Shown one piece after another: positions 1-14,610 of a stretch of DNA of 64,000 nucleotides. Under the pieces are notes generated by a model, which was not told the origin of the DNA, did not search any database, and saw only the letters and a program-made list of their open reading frames with translations. The position numbers and the translations under genes were made by a program. Position 1 is the stretch's first letter; every line of letters starts with the position of its first letter. This stretch comes from the human T2T-CHM13v2.0 reference genome, Homo sapiens, in assembly GCF_009914755.1 (NCBI RefSeq), contig NC_060930.1; one strand, given 5' to 3'.

Positions 1-223
1 ATATTTTAAAAGTAAAAACAAACCAACAGAAACCTTTTTCTATTACTCTAGAGAGGTTTAAATCTAGAAGTCCAGCATGAGAAATCTAAATTGACAAAAC
101 TTGGTTAGCCAAGTTATGTGATAAATCAGTAGTCAGAATGAGATTTTTGTCTACTGACTTTGTAGATTGCCAGTTGACAATATCTGGGCTGTAAAGATCT
201 TAACTGCCTAACCTCACCCCACC

Positions 224-238
224 AACACACACACAAAC

Positions 239-282
<44 letters not shown>
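224..282 (+). repeat. (CA)n microsatellite with CATA interruptions
   Basis: Directly visible acacac... run. Confidence 0.95.
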
Positions 283-284
<2 letters not shown>

Positions 285-671
285 AGGCATTACTGGAAGA
301 CCTCCCAGGTTATCTTGTTTACCCTCCCAGCCTTTAGACTGGTGCCAACTAACATATTCCAGAGTGCTGTCAACTCTACGTTCACACAGCTGTACTTTCA
401 TGATTTTTTATTCCAGTGCAAAGAATCAGTGTTAGGAAGTTCCTTGAATCTATCTCAAATGTTGTTTCACACTAAAATCTAAAACGCTTCTTAAAGTTAA
501 CTACAGGGATATAAAAATTTTAAATCAGGCAAAATATGTAGAAAAATAAAATAATTATAAGCAAACTTCTTCAAATTTGTAAGAAGTAGTGCTATCAAAT
601 GTGCTTTTTGGTATTGAAAGTATGGGAAGAATTGCTGAAAATTATGTAACTAGAAAAAGTTTTAAAGTAAC

Positions 672-859
<188 letters not shown>

Positions 860-954
860 TAACACAGTATGTTTAAGAAGATTGACTTAACTTTATGCTT
901 TCAATAAAACAGTGAAAGAAAAAAATGACTCTTTATATCCTTATAAAACTAATT

Positions 955-955
<1 letters not shown>

Positions 956-998
<43 letters not shown>

Positions 999-1043
999 CA
1001 GACAGATAGAAGAGATAGGCAGGCAGACAGACAGACAGATAGA
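956..1043 (+). repeat. (GATA)n/(GACA)n compound tetranucleotide STR
   Basis: Directly visible. Confidence 0.95.
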
Positions 1044-1109
1044 TATTTACTTTGGTATACTTTGGCTAAATCGGCCAAGTCTTTTAAATCTGTTTCATTA
1101 AGTACTCCT

Positions 1110-2276
1110 TTATTTTTTAAATTTTTTTATTTTGAAGTTTTGTGGATACATAGTAGGTGTATATATTTATGGGATACATGAGATGTTTCAATACTGGCAG
1201 GTAATGTGAAATAAGCACATCATGAAGAATAGTGTATCCATCCCATCAAGCATTTATTCTTTGAGTTACAAGTAGTCCAATTATACTCTTTCAGTTATTT
1301 GAAAATGTGCAATTAAGTTATTATTGACTATAGTCATTCTGTTGTGCTACCAAAGAGTAGGTTTTATTCATTCTTTCTATTTTTTTGTACCCATTAACCA
1401 AACCATCCCCATCTCCCTGCCAGCCTCCCACTACCCTTCCCAGCCTCTGGTAACCATCTTTCTACTATCTATGTCCGTGAGTTCAATTGTTTGGATTATT
1501 AGATCCCACAAATGTGAGAACATGCGTTGCTTGTCTTTCTGTGCCTGGATCATTTTACTTAACCTAATGATACCTAGTTTCATCCATATTGTTGCAAACG
1601 ACTGGGTCTCATTCTTTTTCGTGGCTGAATAATACTCCATTGAGTACATGTTTCACAATTTCTTCATCCATTCATCTGTTGATGGACACTTAGGCTGCTT
1701 CCAAATCTTAGCTATTGTAAACAGTGCTTTAGCAAACACAGGAGTGCAGTTATCTCTTTGATATACTGATTTTCCCAGCAGTGGGATTGCCAAATCATTG
1801 GATAGCTCAATTTGCAGTTTTTCAAGGAACCTCCAAACTGTTCTCCATAGTGGTTATACTAATTTAGATCTCCAGCAACAGTGTACCAGGGTTCCCTTTT
1901 CTCCACACCCTCACAAGCGTTTGTTATTGCCTGTCTTTTGGATATAAGCCATATTAACTGGGGTGAGCTGATATCTCATTGCAGTTTTGATTTGCACTTC
2001 TCTGATGATCAATGATGTTGAGCACCTTTTCATATACCTGTTTGCCATTTGTATGTCTTCTTTTGAGAAATATCTATCCAAATCCTTTGCCTATTTTTTT
2101 ATTAAATTATTAGATTTTTTCCTATAGAGTTGTTTGAGCTCCTTATATATTCTGGCCATTAATCCCTTGCCAGGTGGGTAGCTTGCAAATATTTTCTCCC
2201 ACTCCATGTGATGTCTCTTCACTTTGTCGATTTTTTTCCCTTGCTGTGCAGAAGGTTTTTAATTTGATGTGATCCC
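1110..2276 (-). mobile_element. LINE-1 3' end (L1MA/L1PB-type), 5'-truncated
   Basis: T-rich tail then gtggatacatagtaggtgtatatatttatgg. ORF 1431..1649(-) reads YSMEYYSATKKNET.SFATIWMKL, the L1 ORF2 C-terminus. Confidence 0.93.
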
Positions 2277-2839
2277 AAACCCCTGGGGATGTTTTTGACA
2301 TCTGGACTTCTCCAGGTTATTTATATCATTTAAAAAATCCTTATCATTTAAAAAATCTATCCTATTATTCCCCCTTGGAAACATCTATAGAATCATTTAT
2401 TTTCATGATGCTTTTGCTGCCATGCTTATCTAGAACAATTATAAACTGTAAATAACATGTTCCACATGGTGTTTTCATTCTAATTCTGTTTTGCTCAAAT
2501 TCATATATTTGTTTTTTAACAGAGCTCTTTCTTGAGACATAGTGAAATGCACAGATCTTAAGTGTACAATTGTATAATTGGATGAGTTTGAATAGACGAA
2601 TACACTTATCTAACTGAATTCCCAATCAAGATATAATTTGCATCTCCATAGAAAATGTTTTGGAGATTCATTCATGTTCTCAGGTCTATCAATGTTCATT
2701 TTCTTTTTAATGCTAAGTATTAATATTATATCATCTTGTGAGTATGCCATAACATACCTAGATTGCATAAGTCTATTGATGAATCATTGTGTCATTTCAA
2801 ATTTGGGGCTATATGAATAAATCTCCAATAAATATTCTA

Positions 2840-3273
<434 letters not shown>

Positions 3274-4507
3274 TAATACATAGGAGCACAATTGGTGTAC
3301 CGTAGGTTATATGTACATTTTCTTTACCAATATTGTTGCTGTTATCCTTTTTAAATTTTGCTATTGTAGACAGTGTTATTTTAATTTACTTTTCCCTAGT
3401 GAATAATGATATTAAATACCTTTTCAGACTTTTTTTTGCCATTCATATACCTATAACAGGAGCTCTGCCTCCTCCTAAGTGTCTATTCAATTTTTTGTCT
3501 GTATACTATTAGGTTATTTATCTTATAATTACTTATTTGTAGAAATCAATATATACTTTAGACACGTGCTTGGTTCTGTATGTATATTGATAATATTTTG
3601 TCTGAAGCTCTGACTTTACTTTTCTTAATGGTGTCTTATAAACAGAAGTTTTTTATTTTGATGAAATCACAGTTCGCCTCTTTATTTCAGCTATGTTTTA
3701 CAGTTTTTAATATAGAAATCTTAAACACGTTTTGTTAAATTTATTTTGATACTACGGTAAATATTTCTTAATTTTATTTTCTAATTGTTTTATGTCAGTA
3801 TACAGAAATACAATTTTTTATATTAACTTTGTATTCTGTGACCTTGCTGAATCCACTAACTATTTTTCTTTTATTAATTGTGTAGGTTTTTCTTAGGACT
3901 TTAAAAATACTTATGTTGTCAGTAAATAAAGAGTATTTTATTTCTTCTTTTTAAATCTTTATGCCTTCTATTTCTCCTGACTTATTTTCCTGGTGAAGAC
4001 CTCCAATTCAATGTTGAATTAGACATGGTGAGCATAGATAACCTTACTTGATTCTTTATCTGAGAGGGAACACACTCAGTATTTTACTTTCCAATATAAT
4101 GTTAACTGTAAATTTTGTATAGATTTCTTTCATGATACTGATACTATTTTTCTGGTACTCTGACATTTTTCTTCCAGCATTTCTTATCATATAGGTTGTG
4201 TTGCTTTGAAATATTTGTACTTTCATTTATTTAAAATACATCTTTATCTACTTTAGTCATGTTTTCCTACAAAAGTATGGATTTTTATCTTTTTAAAGTA
4301 TTATTGCTTTGTCATCTGATTTCCAATGTTTCAAATGAGAAATGAGCCATCATTTATATCATTGATTTACTACTCCATGTAATGTGTCTTTTTTCCTTTG
4401 GCTGCATTTAAGATTTTTCTTTGTGATTTTAAACTGCTTAAAGATGATGTAACTAGCTGTACATTTCGTAGTATAGTTCTCCTTAGGCTTCACTAAGCTT
4501 TTTAGAA

Positions 4508-4849
4508 AAGGGGTCTCCAACCCCCAGGCCCCAGACGGGTACTGGTTGGTGGCCTGTAGGAACCAGGCCGCACAGCAGGAGAGGAGGTAAGCAGTGGGTG
4601 AGGAAGCATTATGGCCTGAGCCCTGCCTCCTGTCAAACCAGCAGAGCCATTAGGTTCTCATAGGAGTGCGAACCCTATTTTTAACTGTGCATGCAAGGGA
4701 TCTTCATTGCATGTTCCTTATGAGAATCTAATGGCTGATGGTCTGAGATGGAACAACAGGTTCATAGCGAAACCATCCCACCCTGCATCCATGGAAAAAT
4801 TGTCTTCCTCAAAACCAATCCCTGATGCCACAAAGGTTAGGGGCTGCTG
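4508..4849 (+). mobile_element. MER1B-like hAT-Charlie non-autonomous DNA transposon
   Basis: Termini aggggtctccaaccccc...aaaggttaggggctgctg; internal ctcataggagtgcgaaccctatt and ccttatgagaatctaatg; 8-bp TSD ttttagaa/ttttagat (4500-4507, 4850-4857). Confidence 0.9.
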
Positions 4850-5091
4850 TTTTAGATCATTAGGTTGATGTTGATGTTTTTCACCAAATTTTCAGTTATT
4901 TTTTTCTACTTATTTATTTTCTCTTCTCTCCTTCTAGAACTTCTTAAAAGTTATTTTAAAACACTGAACAGAATCTCATTGGTCACTGGAGCTATGTTTT
5001 TCTCCAAAAAAAATTTTGATTCTCTTTTCTTCAGTTTAAATTGTTTCTATTGATTTGTTTTCAAGTATAATGGCCCAGAGTCCATATATAT

Positions 5092-5522
5092 TGTGTTACT
5101 TTGCTAAGGCTGCCACAACAAAATGCCACAGACTGGTTAGCTTAAACCACAAAAATGTATTTCCTCATAGTACTAAAGACTACAAGACCAAACTCAAGGT
5201 GTCACAGGTCTGGTGGTGGTGTTTGTTTGTTTGTTTGTTTGTTTGTAGTCCTTTTCTTGGCATGCAGATGGTCACCCTCTTGCTGCCTCTTCACATGGCT
5301 GTCTCTCTGTGCATACACACCCCCTGGGGTCTTTCTGTGCATCCAAATGTCCTCTTTTTATAAAGACATTAGCTCAGTTGAATTATGTTTCACCCTAAAG
5401 GCTTTATGTTAACTTAATCTCATTTTAAATGGCCTTATCTCCAAATATAGTCACATTCTGAAGTACTGGGAGTTACAGCTTCAACATATGAATTTGGAGA
5501 GAACAAAGTTCAGCCCATAACA
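5092..5522 (-). mobile_element. MLT1 (ERVL-MaLR) solo LTR
   Basis: ggctgccacaacaaaatgccacagactgg...ccttatctccaaatatagtcacattctgaagtactggg...ttcagcccataaca. Confidence 0.88.

Positions 5523-5562
<40 letters not shown>
5522..5562 (+). repeat. (GA)n microsatellite
   Basis: Directly visible. Confidence 0.95.
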
Positions 5563-5567
<5 letters not shown>

Positions 5568-8500
5568 CTATCCTTAAACATATTTATGCATTTCCAAATC
5601 CTTGTCTGCTAATTCAAATATCTGTATCATCTTGCAGTAGATTTCTATTAACCGCTATTGATCGTGACTTTACAACACTTTTTTAAAAAATTTAGTTGGA
5701 CATTATGAATGATATGTTGCAGAGAGTTTGTATGTTTTCATTTTCTGGTCTGTTGAGGTTTGTTCTGGAAGACAACTAAATGTCTGGTGAATCCTCTTAG
5801 TCCCGTCAAAATTCATTTTGTGATTTCTTAGAGCGGATCTATTTCAGTTTGTTCTTAGTTCTAAGGCATGGTCCTATCTTAGGTATCTTTACTCCTAAGA
5901 TGTGGCCTTTCTGGGACCCTAACCGAATGTTCAAGAAGTCAGCAAGTTCTCTCCACCCTGATTGGACAAGAATGTCCATGTTTACATGACTTGGCTTCTG
6001 GTGTGCCTGTTCAAGTCACCTCTGTAGCAGCTACTCTCTGCTAGGCCCTGCAGAGTCTCAGCCTACACATACAGAATGCAACACTCCCCCAGGTTTACAA
6101 GGAAAGCTCAGTGCCTCCACATAGCACCTTTATTTATAGTGTCTTTCCTAGAAAATTCGAACTGCCTCAGGAACCCCAGACTCCAATCACTGCCTCCTCA
6201 ATTCACTGGCTGCTGCTCTCAGCTGAGGTTTCACCTTCTTGCATTACGCCGGCCCCTCAAAAAAAAAATGCCCCGACACAAAAAACCTGGGCAAATTGGG
6301 GTCTTCTTTTGTGTGTACACATTCTGTTGAAGATTATAATCCTCCACTGTCTGCTGTCTGATACCTAGAAAAGTTGCCTTATTTTTTTTTTTACAATTTC
6401 ATTGGAATTATTTGTTTTGTTGTGTTATACTTCTTAGCTTTGAAGGTATAAGTCTAAAATTAATCTACCACAGGCAAAAGAGCAAATCACATTTATATAT
6501 TTCTTAAATATTTCAGCTAAAATTACATATATCAACTGTAAAATATTATTTCAATTCACCCATTTAATTGCTTCATCTTTGCTGTGAGACTGAAAAGAAT
6601 CTGATTGCTTGTTTACACCAGATGCAGCCTCCTAAGAATAAACATCACTAAATCTCCCTATAATTGAAACAGATTCTTATGAAAACTTTACAGCAAAAAA
6701 AGTAAATAAAATAAAGCATTAAGATTTTTTCTAGTTTGCTTAATTTTTTTATAAGAGTAATTTGCATGGCTATATTACACCATGCAAAACACGTTTTTCT
6801 CTGATATCATAAGTTAGGATATATATATTTATAAACTTACTGATAAGTAATTAGCTTTTAAAGCAGCCTGGCTATTTCATTAAATTGTTTCATAGAGGCA
6901 TACAGTTTTTTAAAGTTTCCTTTAAATATTTAAGCATTTTATAAACTAGATAATTAAGACATTTCTGAAGTCAATAAAAACTACTTTAAGATTAAGAATA
7001 CATCTTCATAATGACATTTGGGATCTCAGTTTTCAAATACTTGCATACCATCTTAACCATCTGATCATACTTATTGTAGTTTTTTTTCCTCCAATTCATA
7101 GTTATGTTGTTTTCTGCTGTAATGTAACACACTGAGGCTGTGTTTCATATAGATTAAGCTGCCTTTATCGCTAAAGAACTAAACGGTTTTTCTATAAGCA
7201 CACTCATTTAGGAATAGAAAAAAAGCAACTATAGATCTATTATTATTCCAATTTTATGGTGGAGTAATCTGAGATTAAGGGAAAAAATAATCTGAAATAG
7301 GAGAAACTTTCTGGTATACTATCATATCAAATGCAATCTTTAACCCAAAGTATTAATAAATTTGTGCTGAATAAGTTAATAAGGCTTTTTAATAGTGCCT
7401 GAGCCAAGATTTATATGCAGGTTTGCCTGACTTCAAAATTCATACTTTTATTATCCTGCCTTGAACAAAAAAAGATGTTTTATCTAAATAATTTTAAAAT
7501 ACACCTTATGACATTCTTGTTTTTTCAAAGAGAAATTGTCCTTAAATTTTACTAGGTATCAGTCATGATTTTTCATGAAAAGTTAAACTTAGCTCCATTC
7601 ACATCTCTATGAACATATACACTAAAGGTGAATGATCTAGGGAGAAGCTTGAATATGAATCTGTATTTATAATACAGGAAGGGTTGTTTTCAGTTTAATA
7701 AACTTTCCACCCACCCTTTCAACAAAGTATGATATTATTTATCCTAACACAGCATGAGCCTAAGAGTTGATTGTTCTGTCTTCTAGATTAAGCCACCTCC
7801 CCCACTAAGATTTTATATTCAGAAGAGCAAAAGCAAGTAAAGTTTGAAGCTGGTCCACTGATGATTTATCTGTTCTTTTAACTGTGCTGCTGTCATCATG
7901 CCTCATTAATCTAATTTTTATTTGGATAATCAAATAAAAACATTGGCAGATTCTCTTTCCTAACACATCAATCTAAAGATAGCAAGCTTTTTAAATTAAA
8001 ACCAAAAACTATCAATGTAGGGAAGATATAGTATCATAAAGCTATACAATTTTATAGCTACAACAGATTACGCATATTTGTGAACTTATTTTTAATGTTA
8101 TATATTTAACTTAGAAGTGATTTCCTTTCTTATAATGGATTTTTTTCTCGAGAGTGATTTTATGAGTTCTACAAATTAACAGATTACTTTCTTTTCCAAA
8201 CTTGAGATGCCAAAATAGTTTACAGCTGATTGTTAAAATTCAATGTGAATTCAATAATAGGAATACCAATGCTTTTTATTAAAATTTTTATAAATCACAT
8301 TATCTTCTGAAAATTTTTTTCTTGACCTTTAAAATATGGTAAATACACAGTTTAACTCTTGCCATAAGTAGTTTTGAAACTCTAAGAATACTTATAATTT
8401 CATATCAATGAAATATACAAGAAATAAAACTTATCTAGAAAAAAAGTAATAATGTTGTTTAGAACCAACCAAAATGTTTTCCAAAAGACCTAAATGTTTA

Positions 8501-10689
8501 GCTAAAAATGTATATTTTGAAATATTGACTTTGACATGTTTAATTCATTTTAAGTTCATTTCAAAAACAAAAAGACAACTTGTTTATATCATATAGCTTT
8601 AGTTTAATTCACCATGTACGTGACTATCAGTTATATTTATTATTGTCTATACACATGAAAAACCATAAACAAATGCTGTTCTTTAAGTTATTTGAAACAT
8701 ACTAAAATTTGAAGTCCCCTAAAGGACATTCAGCAAATTTTATGGCTAATATCTTTACATGGCACATGTGCATAATAAGAAACAGAGCTGTCATACTTAC
8801 TTCAATGGACATTTATAATGAGATTTAAATTTTTTGCCGAGAAATTTCAGTTTCATAACTAATCAGTTGTGCTGAGACAATGAAAAATAAACATGGAACT
8901 TTATTCTGAATTATTCTGAGATATGATTTTACCATACAAATTACTTGACATCTGAAGGAACTAAATCTCTCTGCAGCATATTCACCTGGAACCTACAATG
9001 GGTCTATGGAGCAACTCTTGAAAAAAAAAATGATCTGGATGCTTTGATGTAGTGACATAACCACAAGGTGACGGGATTTCCATGGATTGTGTGAATATGT
9101 AACACTTCCCTTACTGTTAAGGTGAGTGTCTCCTACTACCTTAAGATGTTTCTTATTTACCATGCAGATCTCTGGGTGATAGCAACATTGTACTGACACT
9201 TTAAAATTACTTTAATATCCAACATATGGACCTTGATTAAAATATGAAGTTGAACCACCATAAAAGAAGCCTTTGAAGGAAACACAGTGGATTGAGAATT
9301 GGTTCCTCTTATACAGGGAGAGAGGTTGTGATGCTTCTCCCCTTCTATGATTTGGAGGTTACACCATGAACCCCCTGGACTCAAGTTTATCAAATTCCTT
9401 CATGTCAGTCTTCTTGAAAAAACATATATTGGTCAATTAGGCAGGTATTCTTAACTCCTTATTCCCATACTTTTATAGAGGAAGGTATTTGGGAACAAGA
9501 ACACCAAATCCAATTTCTTCTCCATCCTGATCCTACTCCTACTCCCGCTCCTCTTTCTAAGGCACAGAAAACCTTGGAGGCAGCAATGCTGTCTCCTAGA
9601 GAGAGTTTGGAACTATGTAGAGACTTGGAATTTAGCTGGAAGAGCAAGTGCTATTTTCTAATGAGTCCCTCATAGTGAAAAATTTATTTTCTCAGGCCCC
9701 ACACAGTCTTTGAATGGCCCACTAGACTAAACTCCCATAAATATAAATTGTTCATTCTTCAGTTGCTAATAATAATGAAGAGTTTTTACAAGAATGTACA
9801 TGAAAATACCAGTAATTCAGTGAATGTTCAACTTGGAGAGCAAAGCATAAGTGGAGCCAAGACATTGTCTTGAAATGTACAACTCAAATACTACATGCAG
9901 ATAGGAAATAAAATAGAAAGGGAAATATAAATATTGATTTGATAATTTTCATTTGGTTAATATTTTATTTGGTGTTATTGAAGACACATGGTAGTTGTTC
10001 AGGATGGTTCTCACTTACATTATTAGAGAGAGATGCCACCCAAAGTAGTTTAGAAAAGATGGCAACCTGAAGTGCTCGTGGTAGCGTTACTTAATACCCT
10101 CATTTGAAAAACTATAATAGTCTCTCATTTTCTCAACTTCTCTAGTAGACCATTTCTCTTGTCATGTACTTCTTCTTCAATTAAACTTGCACTCATATTC
10201 ACACACAAATTAGTATCCTCTTTCATGTGCAACAGACCCAGTTTCTTATTTATCCAGACACTAATTTATATGCTCAAATCTCCCTGAATGTCTGCTCTTT
10301 CATTTTGATGTATTTCTTGAATGGAATGGGTTCTGACATCATGTCTCTTAAATTTGAATATCTTCATTACTGGTAGATGCAAACATCTGATATTTGTATT
10401 GTTTTATCCACCAGAGTAATACCCAAGTTTTATATATTCAAATATATAATATTTAATAATTTTTTATTCTTTTTATTTTTATGTATATGCCTCAGGTGAT
10501 ATTTTATAATCATATGTAGGTAGATTATATTTTTCAATGGTTTTCATTTCAGGGAAGCAAATATTTATAGTTAAAAAGTGGCTTCAATATGAAATTATTG
10601 CTCTAAAATTTCAAAAAAAAAGGAAAATAACCAGCAAGGGTAACCAGCAAGGGGCCCAGACCAGTCCCAAACATTGTATACCCTCTATT

Positions 10690-10830
10690 CCATTATCTCA
10701 TAGACTAGGCACTGCAGTTCCTATTTTATCGATGTAAAATATAATATTCCAAGAGACTTGTTTGCCCAAGTTAGCACAGCTTAGAAAGTGGTGGAACTGA
10801 AATTCAAAGTCATTGCATTCCATAATACAT
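10690..10830 (-). mobile_element. MIR fragment
   Basis: cctattttatcgatg...gtttgcccaagttagcacagc...gtggtggaactgaaattcaaa. Confidence 0.6.
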
Positions 10831-12732
10831 TAAAGCCCCTGTGGTCATCTTTGCCAGACCCAGGATAAATATCCATGACTTCTCATCTTGTCCTGTCATT
10901 CTCAACCAGGGCAGTCCCAGCACTTCATTTTATGCTGTTTGTAACGTGTCCTTTTCCTATCCTGAGACAAAACTTGTATGCAATGTGTCCTACTTACCCT
11001 CACTGTCTTGAAAACATCAATACAAAATTAATCTTACAAAGTAATGTAGGCATACAACAGAAGTGATCATAGGTTTACACCACCAGGAATGCAACGGCCT
11101 TAAAGGTAGACTGATACAATTGCATTACCGTTAGTCGTATTATTTATCAAAACTGAAAATGATGCTTATTAAATTCCTGGGCCAAAAAAAGTGCTATTAT
11201 TCATTGACTTCAATGACAAATATATTAATGGAAAAAAATCAATGTATATAAAAATGCAATAATTTTTTTTACTTTTATGTTAAGTGAGTTTAGTATCTAG
11301 GTTTTGATTTTTTCATCTACAGGAATGTCCAAAAGGTGGTCAGAAATTTTATAAAATGTAGTCAATTCTCCACTGTGTAGAATATCCATTACTGTAGAGT
11401 ATCTTAGCCATCAAAATATCAGTGATATGTCTCAATATTGTAAAAATAAAAATTGCACTCTAAAATTTTTAAAAGGACTACTAGGGAAAATAGTATCACT
11501 TTTACTCCTATAGCTTTTTCATATAGATCACCAATATTGTTAAGGATGCTTTTAACTCTACTTCAATTAATTTTCCTTAAAAGGATAATTAATTGGATTT
11601 TAATTTGTACAGTTAATCTTTTAAGCCATTATTTTAAAAACAACTTTTTAAAAACTTCTATTTACTTTCCTAGTCAAAACTGCTGGTGTAGCCTAAGTTA
11701 CATTTAGACTTCCCTGTGTGAGGTCAAAAGTTTCTACTTTCAACCAGAATGCTTCTTTGTGTATATTTCTATAACACTGCCTGTAAAATATTCTGTTTGT
11801 TGTTCTGTTTCCTGGAAGACCACCCTAATGTATGAATAAATATCCTGCAAAAATTCAGCTGACTCCTGGTTTCTGGTTGACCAACAGCTGTCACTTTGGT
11901 ATAATCATTCAAAAGCCAAAAGAATGCAAATTTGTAAACAAAGAAAACACTGTTTCCCAGTCACTACACTTGATTCCCTATCTTTTCCATTTAGTAATAA
12001 CACACAAAATTTAGATGAGTGATATACTACTTATAATTCAATATATTCATATTATTCATATATTCAATATATACATACATTTATACACATACATGTAAGT
12101 CTAGCTACGATATGATAAATGGTATCACAATGAAAAGAAAGTTCTTGTTTATCTCATTTGCTGCTGTAACCTCAGGGTTGAAAACACTGCCTAGCAAGTA
12201 GTTAGAGGTTAATAAATATTTATTGATGACTGAGGAGTTGGGAGTTTATGCTGTGGTCCGTGGATGATCATAGTTGGTTTTGTTGCAGAAAGATAATATC
12301 ATCTCCTGGTTTTCAACTTCAGTCTCTATGTGATCTTTAGTCTCTGTCAGCCCTAAAATGCTATGATTCTAAATATGAGCCAGGTATCAGGTGGGACAAA
12401 GGATGCAGCAGGAATCATTTTTCCCTTATCTCCAGTCATAAAATCAAAGACTGCAGGATTAGACCAGCTCTTACAATTCATTTAGTCCAAATATGATCCT
12501 TTCTAAATCTTACCTAAGAAATTAGGCTGTCACTGGTTGAACATATTCAGTAACAGAGAATAAACACACTTCATCTCTGAACCACTGTGACTGTTATTAA
12601 AAATGGGATTACCATTAATTTAGCTCTATTTTAGATTATGTCTAATCACACTTCTATGCAAAAGCAATTCAAATATTTGAAGATAACAATTAGCCTCATT
12701 GCATTTTTTTCTTCTTGAAGCTAAATGGTCCA

Positions 12733-13330
12733 TCATTTATTCTTTCAATCAATATTTGTTGTGACCCTTCTGTGTTTCAGGCACACTGCTGTGGTCTGGG
12801 GCTATAGGAGTGAAGAAAAGAGGCAAAGTCCCTATCCTTATAGAGTTCATATTCTACCGGAGAAAACTGTAACAGCAAGAACTAAGACTTGTTGAATATA
12901 TAAATAATATCAGGTGCTGATAAAGGTCTTCTTATGTATGTGCGTACCTACACATGAACATACATATATGCAGACATGTGCACACATATACCAGGGTAAG
13001 TGAATAGAGAGTAATATGAATGCTATTTTACATAAGATGATTGAGGAAGAAATCTCTGAAAAACTGGCAATTTACTAACATGAGAGTAAGCAACACACAT
13101 AGATTGGAGAGGAATATTTAGGCAGTGTGAATGGCAGGTGCAAAGGCCCTGTGGAAGGACACTGTCTTATTTAAGGAAGAGCAAAAGGAGCAAACTAAAG
13201 CAGAGTGAGCTGCAGGAAGAGTTAGGAAAAATGTAAAAGGGCTAGCCAAAATAGATATTATTTAGGGATATGTAGAACAGAGTGAGGAGTTTGAATTTTA
13301 TTATATGTAAGATGAAAAGCTTTTAAAAGA
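12733..13330 (-). mobile_element. L2 3' fragment
   Basis: catttattctttcaatcaatatttgttgtgaccc...caggcacactg...aaagtccctatccttatagagttcatattcta...gtgcaaaggccctgtgg. Confidence 0.75.
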
Positions 13331-13719
13331 TTTCCTTCAAGCATTCCTAATATATAATTTAGAACACCCTCACACCCTGCATTTACCTCCTATGAACATG
13401 TTAAACTTTCTCTATATATTTATTAAATTATGGAGACCAGAAGTGAATGAAAATCATCCTAGATTTCTCTGATCAACATGTAGATGAGGACTATTTCTAT
13501 CCTACCCTTGATAATCTATTCTACTAATAAAACCTAAACTTACAGTACATTTTCTGGTGGACCTATCAATTTGTTTCCTCTGAAACTTGTGCTTAAACAG
13601 CATTTTGAAGTCCTTTGCATACATAGTATCTTTCAAGGTCTATCAGGGCCATACTTTTTTAGTTTTTGACCAAGAACAGCACTTCATGTTTATCTCTAAT
13701 ACATCACCTTTCCTTGAAA

Positions 13720-13920
13720 AATCTGGATTCAAATCTCAGGTGTCATCTACAAGTTGCACAACCTTTACCAAGTTACTTGACTTTTAGCTTTTATTCATCT
13801 GTAAAATAGGGATTAATCATAGTATTTATATTGTAATTTTGTTGTTGAGGATTATATGAGCTAATACATATAAATCGCTTAGACATGCCTGGCAAATGTC
13901 AAGTAGAACATAAATATTTA
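13720..13920 (+). mobile_element. MIR
   Basis: ctggattcaaatctcag...catctgtaaaatagggatta...tgaggattatatgagctaatacatataaatcgcttagacatgcctggca. Confidence 0.8.
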
Positions 13921-13948
13921 CCTGATAGAAAAGTTTATGTGTGTATTT

Positions 13949-13973
13949 ATAGATAGGTAGTTAGGTAAGTAGG

Positions 13974-14018
<45 letters not shown>

Positions 14019-14063
14019 CGATAGATATAGATAGATAGATAGATTAGAGGTAGATAGATAGAT
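13949..14063 (+). repeat. (TAGA)n tetranucleotide STR
   Basis: Directly visible. Confidence 0.95.
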
Positions 14064-14391
14064 CCCTACCTAGGATATATTTAATATCCTTAATCAGGGA
14101 TGCTGGGCCCCAGTGATATATACATACCTTATATATTCACACCACTGCTCAAGTTATTACTTTATCCCACAAAGTTCCTCTGTCACAAATTTTATCCAGT
14201 GTAAGCCTTACTTTGTGCACATTTTCTACCTTCTGCCTCCTCACAGTAATCCTTTCCTCTTCTGGCAAAGCATTCACAGTAATGCTTATTTGATAAAGGC
14301 ACTGCCATTCATCATAAGCCATGTCTGTCTTTTATTAGAAATTCTTTCATCAAATATTTATTTAGCATCAACTAAATGTGTATCTGCAGGC

Positions 14392-14610
14392 TGTTTAGCA
14401 TAGTGATTAAGAAAGTAGGTTCCAGTCCCATCTTCTTAACTCATTAGTTGTGTAAATGTGGGCCTCTCCAAACCTCAATTTCCTCATTGCAAACAGGAGA
14501 TAATAAACAGTTTACCTTACAAGATGTAGAATGCTTTAAGTGATGAAATGTTTGTATACCATCTAGCATTTTCTGCACTGCATAGCAGTTGAATGGTAAA
14601 AGATAGCTAC
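14392..14610 (+). mobile_element. MIR
   Basis: tagcatagtgattaagaa...aacctcaatttcctcattgcaaacaggagataataa. Confidence 0.7.

Noticed and set aside
1324-1649. ORFs with L1 ORF2-like peptides (also 22357-22587 and 54603-55343)
   Set aside because: Decayed LINE-1 remnants, not genes
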